From Eledone cirrhosa (Eukaryota): a stretch of 64,000 bases of DNA. A program made the position numbers and the translations under genes. Shown here piece by piece: positions 14,474-27,689 of the stretch. Positions within the stretch are counted from its first letter, which is position 1; each line of letters begins with the position of its first letter. The stretch is taken from the NCBI GenBank assembly GCA_964016885.1, contig OZ024741.1, positions 347,696,001 to 347,760,000 on the forward strand, read 5' to 3'. The notes beneath the pieces are model-generated. The model was given only the letters and a program-made list of their open reading frames with translations, had not been told where the DNA came from and did not search any database.

Positions 14474-16137
14474 AGAGTTATATTTAAATTGTTGTGTTAC
14501 AACTAGTAAATATTTATAACTGATATAAAAGCACTCGACAAATATTTGGAGTATATTTACAATATTAAATAAATGGAAACTATATTTATAAAACCATATT
14601 TATTTCATTATATATATTTCAGGGATAACATATTAACAATATGCTATGCCTTCCTCAGACAAAATACAATATAAACAGTTTTATAGATAAATAGATTCGA
14701 CATACCGTAACAACATCTACTTGCATTTGAGAAGGTTGATTTGGTTGTGACAAAATTGTACACAGAGAGAAAGAAAGAGAGAGAGAAAGAGAGAAAAAAG
14801 AGAGAAAAAAGGAAAGAAAGACAGAAAACGAAGAAAAAGAAAAAGAAAAAGAAAAAGAAAAAGAAAAAGAAAAAGAAAAAGAAGAAATGCATGGAACAAA
14901 ATAGAGAGATGGAAAGATAGATAAAGAGAAGAACTTCATGTAAAGAAACAGAAAGAGATATATATATATATAGAGAGAGAGAGGAAATAGAGATAGATAC
15001 ATATATAGAAAGCTAGGTAGTGGGACAACTGTTGAATAACGTATCAATGATATATTTATTTATTTATTTATTTATTTAGCTTTAGTATTAATGTAAGGGA
15101 GATATATGGAGGGAAAACCAGCTGTTATATAGGGAGAGAAAAAATATAGAGAGAGAAAAAAAAATATAGAGAGAGAAACAAAAGGAGAGAGAGAAAATTC
15201 AAAAATATCCAGACACAGGCGAGGCGTAACAACCTCTGTTTTAATGTAGAGGTCTTAGTATTTACAAAACCAGCCTCTGCATTGTAAATATCAGTATTCT
15301 TGAATGAGATATGTATCCACAATGTGTGAAAATTAATGATCTTATGTTTAGTTTTTTTAAAGAAAATTCATATGTTTATGTGATAATTACAAACATCTAT
15401 GTGAATGTACATGATCAATTCTGCAAACCCTAAGTTCACGGAAAGTATTCTCAATGCGGTATAAAAATTCAAGTATACATATATGTGTATATAGAGTCAA
15501 TATTACTATTTCTGTCTCTACTCTACAAGATTATCTATCAAGAAAATATAGAGCAGATTTCAATATACTAATAAAAATAAAAATAAAAATATAAATAAAA
15601 ATATATCGGAAACAAAACTAAACTAAAAATAACAATAATAATAATAAGTAATAATAAAATAGAAAACTAAGAAATATTACGAAAAAATATTACATATTAA
15701 AAATATTACATATTAAAAAATTTACATATTAAAAATATTAAAAATAAAAATTAGGAAATACTACAGTAATAAAAATAAAATAAACCACAAAGATCAACCC
15801 TTCAAAATTAATTGACAATATATTGCCAAGTTCATTATAAACATCAGAGTCGAAAAACAGATACAGCCAAAAAATTATCTATCAAATCGCATCTAGCAAA
15901 GATCATTTCAAAAAGTATAGGATGCCCAATTTGGTCTACATGTGTTCTTATATTTAATATAGAAGTTTATCTAGTGTAACGTTTATTCGAAATATTTGGA
16001 GCATCAGCTTTTAGGATAGCTTAATTTTTCATGAAGAATGTTTAAATAAATAAATAAAATAAAAATAAAAAGAGTAAAAAGAGAATCAAAGATTTATCGG
16101 CTAGTTTCCCATATAATTATAAATCAAACTAAATATA

Positions 16138-16806
16138 CTACATTTTAAATTTAAATTTATATTTAAACGTTGAGTTTAATCTATGTTTGCAACAACTGAA
16201 TAAATTTGTCCGTAGATTAAGGGAATTTTTAGATTTTAGTATAAAGAATATCTCCTCTGCGCAGAGGTCACATGACTCAGAGGATGAATTAAAAGGAATC
16301 CCTCTTGAGACTATATTCCAAGCCGTCGAATATCTAACGTTATCTAGCTTAAGTTGCCATAGTACGCCTGAAAGTGCCGTTGAAGATTTTTTACTTGGAT
16401 CTGTGAAAGAATTCTTGTGGTTATTATAGCGAAGTTTAAATTCCGTCGATGTGGAACCGACGTAGTTAAAAGAATTAGAGTCAGTATTAACATTACAATT
16501 GTATACTATATTTTTAACTAAGCAGTTGTTATTTAACGGACATTTAGATCTATCTCTACAGTTACATTTGTTAACTTGTATATTATTTATGCTGTTATCA
16601 CTAGGTTTTAAGTTCCTATTATTTATTCTATTGATATTTTGTGCTAAATTTTTGGTGGATGAGTAGGTTAATTTAATTGTATGTCTATTGAAAATTGAGT
16701 GATATCTATGTGTTCTAGGGAAGCGATTATCAAGAGCTTTAAAAAATAGTTTAGCGATGTGGGTTTTAATGTTTAGTGAGAAAGGGGGGGGGGGGGGGCA
16801 AACCAA
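16138..16806 (-). pseudogene. PLE linker + GIY-YIG endonuclease
   Basis: CNCRDRSKCP, NIVYNC, YVGST, FKLRYNNH, CDLC, CCKH. Confidence 0.9.
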
Positions 16807-16890
16807 ATTATGTTCCTAGTTCTATTTCTTCTTTGGCCTTTGGAATTATTGTAATGCTTTCTATTATAGTTGTTAAGGATGTTGCCGTAA

Positions 16891-17380
16891 TTAAAAAAAG
16901 TTGTTACTTTGTTTAGTTTGTCTATCATTATCTATGTACACAATCTTATCAGCATATCCTGCTCTAGCTAATGCTTCATTGTAGTATTGGGCTTTTTCGT
17001 CGAAAATCTTTCTATTCGACGAGATCCTAGAGATACGTTTTTGGACAGAGTTTACTATAGTGTTTTTGACAGATCTGGGGTGGTTAGAGTTAAAGTTTAC
17101 ATAGTTTAAGTTTTCATTCAACTTGTGAAAAGGATAGTGAAGACATGTGTTGAGATTTAATGTTATATCTAGGAAATTGACTATTCTATGGTTGTTTTCA
17201 ATTTCTATTTTAAGATTAAAGTAATTAAAAAATTGTGTAATTTGTTTACATTTTCTATTTAGTTCAGAGTTATTATTATCAATAAGTAAAAGCATGTCAT
17301 CTCTATATAAACCTCCGGTAGTACCGGGTATTTTCCTATGTAGCGAATTGATTAAAAATAAACCCACAAGGTCAGTTACT
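16891..17380 (-). pseudogene. PLE RT palm/thumb fragment (5'-truncated)
   Basis: GLYRDD, NFLDITL, SNHPR, YYNEAL. Confidence 0.9.
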
Positions 17381-18650
17381 TTATTTTTAATATCTTTAAT
17401 ATGTAAATTTTTTAATATGTAATATTTTTAATATGTAATATTTTTTCGTAATATTTCTTAGTTTTCTATTTTATTATTACTTATTATTATTATTGTTAAT
17501 TTTAGTTTAGTTTTGTTTCCGATATATTTTTATTTATATTTTTATTTTTATTTTTATTAGTATATTGAAATCTGCTCTATCTTTGCTTGATAGATAATCT
17601 TGTAGAGTAGAGACAGAAATAGTAATATTGACTCTATATACACATATATGTATACTTGAATTTTTATACCGCATTGAGAATACTTTCCGTGAACTTAGGG
17701 TTTGCAGAATTGATCATGTACATTCACATAGATGTTTGTAATTATCACATAAACATATGAATTTTCTTTAAAAAAACTAAACATAAGATCATTAATTTTC
17801 ACACATTGTGGATACATATCTCATTCAAGAATACTGATATTTACAATGCAGAGGCTGGTTTTGTAAATACTAAGACCTCTACATTAAAACAGAGGTTGTT
17901 ACGCCTCGCCTGTGTCTGGATATTTTTGAATTTTCTCTCTCTCCTTTTTTTCTCTCTCTATATTTTTTCTCTCCCTATATAACAGCTGGTTTTCCCTCCA
18001 TATATCTCCCTTACATTAACACTAGAGCTAAATAAATAAAGAAATAAATAAATATATCATTGATACGTTATTCAACAGTTGTCCCACTACCTAGCTTTCT
18101 ATATATGTATCTATCTCTATTTCCTCTCTCTCTCTATATATATATATATCTCTTTCTGTTTCTTTACATGAAGTTCTTCTCTTTATCTATCTTTCCATCT
18201 CTCTATTTTGTTCCATGCATTTCTTCTTTTTCTTTTTCTTTTTCTTTTTCTTCGTTTTCTGTCTTTCTTTCCTTTTTTCTCTCTTTTTTCTCTCTTTCTC
18301 TCTCTCTTTCTTTCTCTCTGTGTACAATTTTGTCACAACCAAATCAACCTTCTCAAATGCAAGTAGATGTTGTTACGGTATGTCGAATCTATTTATCTAT
18401 ACAACTGTTTATATTGTATTTTGTCTGAGGAAGGCATAGCATATTGTTAATATGTTATCCCTGAAATATATATAATGAAATAAATATGGTTTTATAAATA
18501 TAGTTTCCATTTATTTAATATTGTATATATATATATATATATATTTATTATATATGTGTGTGTATATATATATATCTTTATATATGTGTATGTGTACATG
18601 TGTGTGTGTATGTGTGTATATGTATATATATATGTATGTATATGTATATG

Positions 18651-18682
<32 letters not shown>

Positions 18683-18964
18683 TATGTGTGGGTATGTATG
18701 TGTGTGTGTGTATATACATGAGTGTATTTATGTATGTGTGTATAGATATATATATATGTGTTGTGAATGTATGTATATATGTATGTGTGTATATATATGT
18801 ATATATATATGTGTGTATATATGTATATGTCTATGTATTTATATGTGTATATGTATGTGTCTCTATATGTATGTGCGTGTGTGTATGTGTATGTGTCTAT
18901 ATATATGGTGTGTGTATGTATATGTATGTGTATGTATGTGTTTATGTATATGTGTATGTATATG

Positions 18965-19049
<85 letters not shown>

Positions 19050-19079
19050 ATCGATGTATATTTTATATTTTACTTGTTT

Positions 19080-19114
<35 letters not shown>

Positions 19115-19708
19115 CTTAATATTTTTTTTTTCTTTTTCCTTTTATTTCTAAATTTATAGATACATTTATAAATAGGCAGTTTGCTGACACCAGTAAATAC
19201 TGACCTCTTCCCCCCCCCCCCCACCTACTTTCTGTATCTGGATCTAAATATGTGTGGCAGTGTTTATGTGCGCGCATTAATGTCCATATGCTTATGATAA
19301 TAGTATATACACATATATGTGTGTGGGAGTGTGTGTGTGTATGTATGTTCGTGGTTGTGTGTATGTTTATGCGTATATGCGCGTGTGTGTGTGAATGTAT
19401 GTATATGTGTGAGTATATGAATGTGTATATATTTATTTTTATATTTATATGTTTATATGCGTATATGTATTTTATCTGTAGATTATAAACATACAGAGAC
19501 ATTAGCCCTGAATTTTTGTATTTACATACATCTTTTCGGCATGCGTATGCATGGGAACATATATTTTTATGCATATCTGTGAACGAAGTTACTTACATAT
19601 ATACACACACCTAACTGTATAAACTTTTTGTGTTTCCATTGGTCAATTTGAACTCTGTTCCCAAACAGACCTATAATTTTGAATTGTTGTTATTATCAAT
19701 AAATATAT

Positions 19709-19862
19709 TTCATTATTTCTGAAGACGGCATATATATGAATTGGTATGTATATTTAATTTTGATAGTTTGTATAATTTTGTATAATTTTGTACATAGATC
19801 TGTTAAATATACATGCCAATTCTAACACATATATATCCCAGAAACGATCGTTAAATAATGAA
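19709..19862 (+). ncRNA. Minimal type I HHR with 115-nt stem II
   Basis: 10-bp stem I (19709-18/19853-62), CTGAAGA at 19719-25, GAAA at 19841-44, palindromic CGATCG, GTT triplet. Confidence 0.75.
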
Positions 19863-19924
19863 CATTTTTTGTTTAATATAAGGAACTGTTTCATTGTTTT
19901 ATTCATTATTTTTTTAATATTTTA

Positions 19925-19998
<74 letters not shown>

Positions 19999-20343
19999 AA
20001 AGAATAGAGGTGTAACACACAAGTTATTATATATTGGTAAACGGAATAGAAAATGCTGACAAATTGTTCACAGTTGAAAAATGGTTTAAATAGGAATAAT
20101 AGTATTAGTGATTGTATGGGTTAGTATTCAGTTGTGGTTTTAAGTTTTTAAGTTTTTACCGGTTGCGCATTTCTACCCTGCATCACTAATTGACAATGGA
20201 ATCCAACGTGCCCTAAAACTCAGTACCCAGGACCTTAGACACCCTAAAGTAAATCAACCAAACTAAAAGCTCTTCCATACATCTCCACACACAACCCCCT
20301 CAACAATGAAGCCTTCGACACCATCCTCCACAACATTCCTGTA

Positions 20344-20883
20344 TTGAAAAAGGACCATAGAATGAACAAAATTCTACGAATACACGATATCATAAAGAGC
20401 AAAAGACAATCCAAGTCAATGAAAAACATCTTAACACATGCCAAAGTACTGCCAACCACAACAACGAAACCCACAGTAAAAAAATGCGATAGACGCAACT
20501 GTGGCATTTGCATCAACCTAAAAGAGGTTTCGGAACTCTATTTCAAAGATGGACAACGTTTTATAGTAAAACACAATTTCACATGTGCATCGGAAAATCT
20601 AATATATGTATTAACTTGTTCAGGTTGTCGAGAACAATACATAGGCCAGACCAAAAACAGCCTCCGCCAACGCATGACTGTCCATAGATCCCAAATTAAA
20701 ATACGGGAATACAGGAAAATACCACTGAGTGAACACATTGATACCTGTGCCGCCCAAAATCATCCCAACTTCAGAATCTTTCCCATCTACAAATTTAAAG
20801 ATAATGCCACCCACACCCAGCGCATCACCAAGGAATCTTACTTCATTAACAAATACGGACCCCGTCTAAACACTTCTCCCTAA
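20344..20883 (+). pseudogene. PLE GIY-YIG endonuclease with Cys-rich linker and CCHH-type residues (5'-truncated)
   Basis: KKCDRRNCGIC...NLIYVLTCSGCREQYIGQT...RMTVH...SEH...KESYFI...LN. Confidence 0.88.
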
Positions 20884-21409
20884 GACGAACCCACAACATA
20901 CACACGTCAACATACATACCTACTTCAGCACACATCTCTACCCACATATAAACACAATGACATACGTAAACACACATGCTCTATGGTGCAACACAAAAAA
21001 ATATATGTGCATATATATGTGTATATATATGTATATATGTATATAGTGAATATATGTATGTGTGTATATATATATAGTGAATATCATTTCAGACCTTTTA
21101 TTGTTAAGATTTTTGATGTTCTATTAAGAGAACCGATTTTACTGAAAAAATCGAATAATGTACACCATTTTACCAGGGGGAAAAAAATACTGGTCCACCC
21201 ACACACACACTCACACATACACATATATATACACACACACATACACACGCGTACATCAACATACAAAGAGACTTATAACACACACACACACACACGCACT
21301 TCTCCGTATAAGACAAAAGTTGAAAAATATCTTTTGACATGCTAAAATACCCCCCATTGCTTTCAGACACATTCTTATTGACCATCCCTGCCACCACGAA
21401 TTACTCTGC

Positions 21410-21482
<73 letters not shown>

Positions 21483-21612
21483 ATCTCAATAGCCATTTGA
21501 CACACATCGCTGCTAACCATTATCACAACATCGAACACCTTACTACTACTACTACTACACACACACACACACACACGCACACATATTTGTTGTGAAAGAG
21601 TCATTTCTCAAT

Positions 21613-21840
21613 CTTGGCGCAAAACCAATTTTTTATTCGCATGACCTCTACCGACCAATCAAAATTGTTTTGACCACAAGAATTGTTGCTGGAGCCACCT
21701 TTTTAACATAAAAACAGTCTTGGCGCTAAATCAATTTTTTACACTCACATGACCTCTACCGACCAATCAAAATTGTTTTGACCACAAGACATTTTGCAAC
21801 ACCAAAGTAACGCTGGAGCCACTTTTTTAACATAAAAACA
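21613..21840 (+). repeat. Tandem duplication (~105-120 bp) in PLE 3' UTR carrying CCAAT and TATA-like boxes
   Basis: tcttggcgc...catgacctctaccgaccaatcaaaattg...gctggagccac...cataaaaacag occurs twice. Confidence 0.8.
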
Positions 21841-21902
21841 GGTAGAATTCCCCAAACTAATCAGATCAGAGCAAACAGCACGGACACTCTATCTCAAAAT
21901 TA

Positions 21903-21940
21903 TTTTTGAAAAGCATTTAGAAATGCGCAACCGGTAAAAA
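21903..21940 (+). ncRNA. Minimal HHR variant (U3-A8; GCAA in place of GAAA)
   Basis: ttt TTGAAAA gcattt-ag-aaatgc GCAA CCGG TA aaa. Confidence 0.55.
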
Positions 21941-22062
21941 CTTAAAAACTTAAAACCACAACTGAATACTAACCCATACAATCACTAATACTCTTTTATT
22001 CCCAATTAAACCATTTTTCAACTGTGAACAATTTGTCACCATTTTCTATTCCGTTTACCAAT

Positions 22063-22088
22063 ATATATATATATATATACATAAATAT

Positions 22089-22119
<31 letters not shown>

Positions 22120-22126
22120 AACACAT

Positions 22127-22187
<61 letters not shown>

Positions 22188-22196
22188 TATAAAAAC

Positions 22197-22237
<41 letters not shown>

Positions 22238-22246
22238 AATACACTA

Positions 22247-22296
<50 letters not shown>

Positions 22297-22429
22297 TATA
22301 AATATATATACACATATATATACAGACATATTCACACATATACACATACATGTACATACATATATATATATATACATATACATATATATATATACACATA
22401 CACACACACACACATACACACACATGTAA

Positions 22430-22476
<47 letters not shown>

Positions 22477-22554
22477 CACACACACACACACATACACACA
22501 TATATATACATATATACATATATACACACACACATATACACATATATGTGTATA

Positions 22555-22602
<48 letters not shown>

Positions 22603-22614
22603 CATATGTGTGTA

Positions 22615-22647
<33 letters not shown>

Positions 22648-22910
22648 GTATATGTGTATATATATGTATGTATATGTGTGTGTATATGTGTGTATATGTG
22701 TGTATATATATGTGTATACATATATGTATATGTATATATATTTATATATATGTATATATATATATATTCATATATATATATATATATGTGTATTTATATA
22801 TATATATATATGTATATATGTTTTTATATATATGTGTGTGTATATATATATGTGTGTATGTATGTGTTTATATATATATATGTATATATGTATAAATGTG
22901 TATATTTATG

Positions 22911-22941
<31 letters not shown>

Positions 22942-22990
22942 GTATGTATGTGTGTGTATATATATATATATATATGTGTATGTGTGTGTG
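22063..22990. repeat. Palindromic compound TA/CA/TG microsatellite, centre ~22546
   Basis: Irregularities mirror across the centre (catgtaaat / atttacatatg; ataaaaacat / atgtttttat). Confidence 0.75.
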
Positions 22991-23353
22991 TTTAATGGGT
23001 GCGCGCGAGTGTGTGAGTGAGTGTGTTTTGCATATAGTTGAATAGTTTAAGAGAAATTTGAAGATAATTGTAAGATATGCACTCAATATTTTGAATTTGT
23101 CTACAGAATTCTCTAAACCTTTTTCACATAGTAAAGAATTTAACTTTTAAAGAATCTCCCTTTCCTTTAAATCTATCTACCATGACTGACCACCACTGAT
23201 TTTATAGACACCTGTTAGCTTAAGAGAAACTTAATAAGAAGGAGTGGCATGCCATCCTGAACCTATTTATAGAATTCTTTCTGCCTTTGTTACTCTAAAA
23301 ATAAAAATAAACTATAGCTTTGTAGAATTAGCTTTTAATGAATTTTCTATCAA

Positions 23354-23415
23354 CCAATGACCTACACCCATCCTACTCCCCACCCTCTCCTACCACTTGT
23401 AGAGACCTATAAATA
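23354..23415 (+). promoter_or_regulatory. Putative pLTR Pol II promoter (CCAAT + TATAAATA)
   Basis: CCAAT at 23354, TATAAATA at 23408, ~30 nt before HHR stem I. Confidence 0.4.
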
Positions 23416-23437
23416 GCATACTTATTTTTTGATACCC

Positions 23438-23488
23438 AGATTCCTGATGATTTCTAAAGAATGAAACAGTTCTAGTCCTGTAGAATCT
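23438..23488 (+). ncRNA. Type I hammerhead ribozyme (canonical core)
   Basis: agattc CTGATGA tttc-taaa-gaat GAAA cag-ttctagtc-ctg TA gaatct. Confidence 0.85.
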
Positions 23489-23500
23489 CATCTATATTAA

Positions 23501-23595
<95 letters not shown>

Positions 23596-23596
<1 letters not shown>

Positions 23597-23803
23597 TAGA
23601 ATGTGAAATTTTTTTACAAAATGAAAAATAACCGAGGTGTCCTACACGAGTGAAAGTATAAAGAAATAACGATGGAATCGAAAATACAACTGGAGTCTTA
23701 TTTTAAAAAATATATATATATTTATTTGGTTCCTTTACTGGTTTCACAGTTCTTCTGCTTTTCAAAAGTAGAGTTGAGATGGAGGGTCTGTGGTTTTTCA
23801 CAC
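23596..23803 (-). mobile_element. PLE 3'-end fragment with minimal HHR (23733-23768), homologous to 48265-48465
   Basis: Reverse complement reads ctt TTGAAAA gcag-aagaa-ctgt GAAA ccag TA aag. Confidence 0.75.
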
Positions 23804-23826
23804 GCGCACACATATATATATATATA

Positions 23827-23888
23827 GTTTTAATATAGATGAGATTCTACAGGACTAGAACTGTTTCATTCTTTAGAAATCCTCAGGA
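23827..23888 (-). mobile_element. 62-nt truncated copy of the 23438 HHR terminus
   Basis: Reverse complement reads CTGAGGA tttctaaagaat GAAA cagttctagtcctg TA gaatctcatctatattaaaac; lies between (TA)n tracts. Confidence 0.8.
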
Positions 23889-23910
23889 TATATATATATA
23901 TATATATATA

Positions 23911-24152
23911 ATTGGTGTGGGATGTTTAAAGCATCCGTATGCGGTAAGCTGTTTGAGAGCACTCTATGCTCTTACAGAGCAGCGTATAATATCACGTAAG
24001 GAACTCTGGTTCGAAATATCGAGGCCTATCTGAGGATCTTGCGATTTCAGAGTCTGGTTCAATCATCATATTCATCATGCCCCGAGCTGGTCGCCAGAGA
24101 AACGATTGTAACATCTCTAATAAATTTTAATTCTCCGTTTCTTATGTGATAT
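23911..24152. mobile_element. Mini fold-back with HHR (24026-24114, +) and tail hairpin (23961-23980, -)
   Basis: CTGAGGA tcttgcga...tcgccaga GAAA cgattg TA; atatcacgtaag (~23989) is inverted at cttatgtgatat (~24141). Confidence 0.7.
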
Positions 24153-24268
24153 ATATATATATATATATATATATAGATGTAGCGAGATCTAGGCAAATTG
24201 ATGTCTATTGAAACGTAAGTAAGAACCGAATAAATCTGTTTTACTGCATCTTTCTGTTCTTTTTAATT

Positions 24269-24341
<73 letters not shown>

Positions 24342-25123
24342 TATATATATCTTTTCTCAGATGACTGCGAATGAATTACGCAATCTTAATTTGCTTTGCT
24401 GTTTTGATAATGCTCCCATGTCTTGGCGGCATAATTGGAATAATTACTCTCTCATTTGTATCAGTTGTTCACTATTTTAAGGCTTTAAAGCAATTGAACA
24501 TACACTACAAGCGTATGGCAAGGGATGAGTATATATAAGAAATTGAATTCGCTATAGCAGAGTAAATATGTTATTAGCTCTCATAATATTATAAACTGAG
24601 TTATTCAAATTATTTCATTTGATTTCAGAAAGAAAGTTATCATGACAGATTTATGTACAATTTAATACAATTAAAAATTATTCATATCTATTTAACTGAG
24701 TCAACTTTTGTTTCTCTATCATCCCGTAATTTCTCTTGTAAAGAGGTAAAACTTTAAATATTCAAATATTTAATCGATATAATTTTGTTACTTTTACGGT
24801 TTCATGCAGAAAATATTTTACATGAATGTGAATAAATATATGAAAGTAATGTACTCGTTTTTCAATAAGGAAATCTCTCACTTTACCTGTACTATTGTAC
24901 AAATTAGACGTTATAGTACTATCGTACATATGACTGCCACCTCCAGCAGATTATCTACTGAATATTGCGCTAAATAAATGACTGCGTGATGCAGTACTGT
25001 ACATTGTTAACGTTTACTTATCCGTACATATCTATCAAACCAATATAACGATTAGAATTTCACGAAGTGAGATTATGTTATATATTTGCTGATAGATAAC
25101 AATGTGAATGATATATGAAATAA

Positions 25124-25306
25124 TTGTTTCTGCGTTAGGCACAAGGCCAGCAATTACCCAGTACATTACTGGTACTTTATTTCATCGACCCCGTAAGGAT
25201 GAAAGGCAAAGTCAACCTCGGCGGGATTTGAACTCAGATCGTAAAGGGACGTAACTATGCTGGAAAGCATGGCGTCCGACCCTCTACCGATAGTGCCAAT
25301 CCACCG
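25124..25306 (-). mobile_element. tRNA-derived SINE (octopod-type)
   Basis: Reverse complement contains B-box-like gagttcaaatccc followed by gccgaggttgactttgcctttcatcc...gtaccagt...gctggccttgtgcc; multi-copy in the window. Confidence 0.8.
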
Positions 25307-25662
25307 GATTCTTACGTGAGGGTGATATATGAAATAATGTTCTCTCTACGGAAAAACCAATTACATGCTGCATAATGTAGGAGTTAATTAGGCCGCGTAT
25401 TAGAAACCTGTTAGAATGCATCCTGGGCGTCATTCGACTTCGATCCGCCCACGCCACCATCCTAACAGCTTTGTTTTCTTCAAAGCATAAACCACTGACA
25501 CAGCTCTCACTAACTGTGGTTGGCAAGGTAAAGTGTCGCCAACCAACTACACAAGTGTTATCTCATTGAGTGATCTATGGCCGGACTCTAAAATATATTC
25601 TGTGACTTTGTAATCTCTCTCTCTGTATACATATATATATATATACACACATACGCACGCAC

Positions 25663-25779
<117 letters not shown>

Positions 25780-26855
25780 TATATGTGTATATATATATAT
25801 ATGTATGTGTGTATAATCAATTACGATGGTAACTATATTTATGCTGTGTAAAATTTAAGTTGAATGGATCCATGTTTGATATGTCAATATACATTTACGC
25901 TACACAACATGCTCCTATGAGAATACAGAGTATTCATTAATTGACTGAATTTTTTTTTTCGGAAGATAGCATCGTTTCTTATATCATATTATCTGATGGA
26001 TTCTTATATTCGTGCTTATCTTCGAATTTGATTCGTCTCCTGCCTCATCAATTACGTGTGCATCCACATTTGATAAGAAATATACTTCGAATCAAATTTA
26101 AGAAATAACCTTTTAAAATATGTGGATACGATTTCTTACCATGGCATACTAAGACATTCCTCTTCCGATTTCTATTATTAGATTCGTTCCTTACTAAATA
26201 CCAAACCACGCACCCTCACGTAGGAATACGTTCTAAGCGATTTTAACTTGAATTTAAGACCATGAAATTCCGAGGACCCCATGAAAAAAACAGCGTACAC
26301 AAAGCCTAATTGATCAAATATTAAAACACGTTATGTCTCGCTAATTTTTACGATACGACAGGCGTTTAATTTATACTCAATGACGTTCCTCTTACGTTAT
26401 TTTATGAAGATAATTACAGTCAGGCTTTCTAAAACAGTCATATCAGAAAGAAATTTCAGATGTTTATTACGCACTATAATTATTGAGTACCTCAAATTTA
26501 TCGACACACAAAAAAAATAGATAGTAAATTCGGTCGCAATATGATTTTTAACTTAATTAATCAAAATATGTATGTAGAGAGCCCAAGACATTTATTGATT
26601 ATTGAAATATATCCTATTTCCTATTCAATGACATTTTGAATTTTCCAAGTAAATATTGTATGATACAAGGATAGAATGATTTATTGGTGTAAAAACTTTA
26701 ATGGCGAAAAAGGTACACGGTTAAAGTGCACGTCGAATATGCAAGCATATATATTAATCTACATACATGAATCGCGCTGAGCATAGTTTTAGATCTGGTA
26801 TTGCCATAGCCACCGCATATATGTAGAAATAGCAGTATATATGAATAAAGATATA

Positions 26856-26945
<90 letters not shown>

Positions 26946-27024
26946 GATTTACTCATTAAGGTATTGTGATGTGTGTGCCTGTACATGAACTCCTATTTGC
27001 ACGCACACACACACACACACACAC

Positions 27025-27092
<68 letters not shown>

Positions 27093-27140
27093 ATATTTGG
27101 GGAGGGTCATATTTGCGTAATATTGCCAGAATTAATAACG

Positions 27141-27206
<66 letters not shown>

Positions 27207-27689
27207 CGTGTATATTTATATTTGTGTCTGTGCGTGTGAATGTGTGTAAATAAATGAGACATACATATAGGCATGAATGTATGTACACAACTGAGGTTTA
27301 GGTATTTATGAACACAAGATACGATGTGATGGAAGTTATAATTACACACTGTGTATGTTCATTCTAACTTTATGTTATTAACCGTATATCATTATGTATA
27401 ATATTGTAACATATTTGCATGTGTTAAAATCTCAATCAGATAATAATTCTTATCAAGAAATTAAATTGCTCTAGACAATATCAGATTAACCTATGTTCGA
27501 ATTCGATTTACGTGACTAATAACTATTATAATATCTCCAGCCCCGTATACATTCCTGTCTGTTGGTTTTATACATTATTACTCTACCATCCTATATTTTT
27601 GCATATGTGTGGCTTTCGTTCCTACGAAACTGTGCACATATATTTCTACATGCATAGAATAATATACTCTCGTAAACATACAGACGCAC

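Larger units (their letters stand above)
11871..19926. mobile_element. PLE family C fold-back (~8 kb) with microsatellite-rich 3' UTR
   Basis: ~11998-15748 is inverted at 17380-19926 (the right arm lacks ~13375-14558); RT/EN on the minus strand in the spacer; ~125-nt tail on the left arm only. Confidence 0.9.
19995..22062. mobile_element. Naiad/Neptune-like PLE fold-back
   Basis: ~20030-20175 is inverted at ~21918-22062; GIY-YIG ORF inside; ~35-nt tail on the left arm; (TA)n flanks. Confidence 0.85.
22940..23503 (+). mobile_element. Right (short) arm of outer fold-back, partner of 5756-6400
   Basis: Reverse complement match; ends tattaaaac-(TA)n. Confidence 0.85.

Noticed and set aside
20344-21000. 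Selenoprotein recoding / SECIS, known in some Naiad PLEs
   Set aside because: The conserved cysteines are read as Cys in an open frame, and no SECIS-like fold was recognised.
25124-25306. tRNA gene
   Set aside because: A B-box-like motif is present but no cloverleaf; it belongs to a dispersed SINE.
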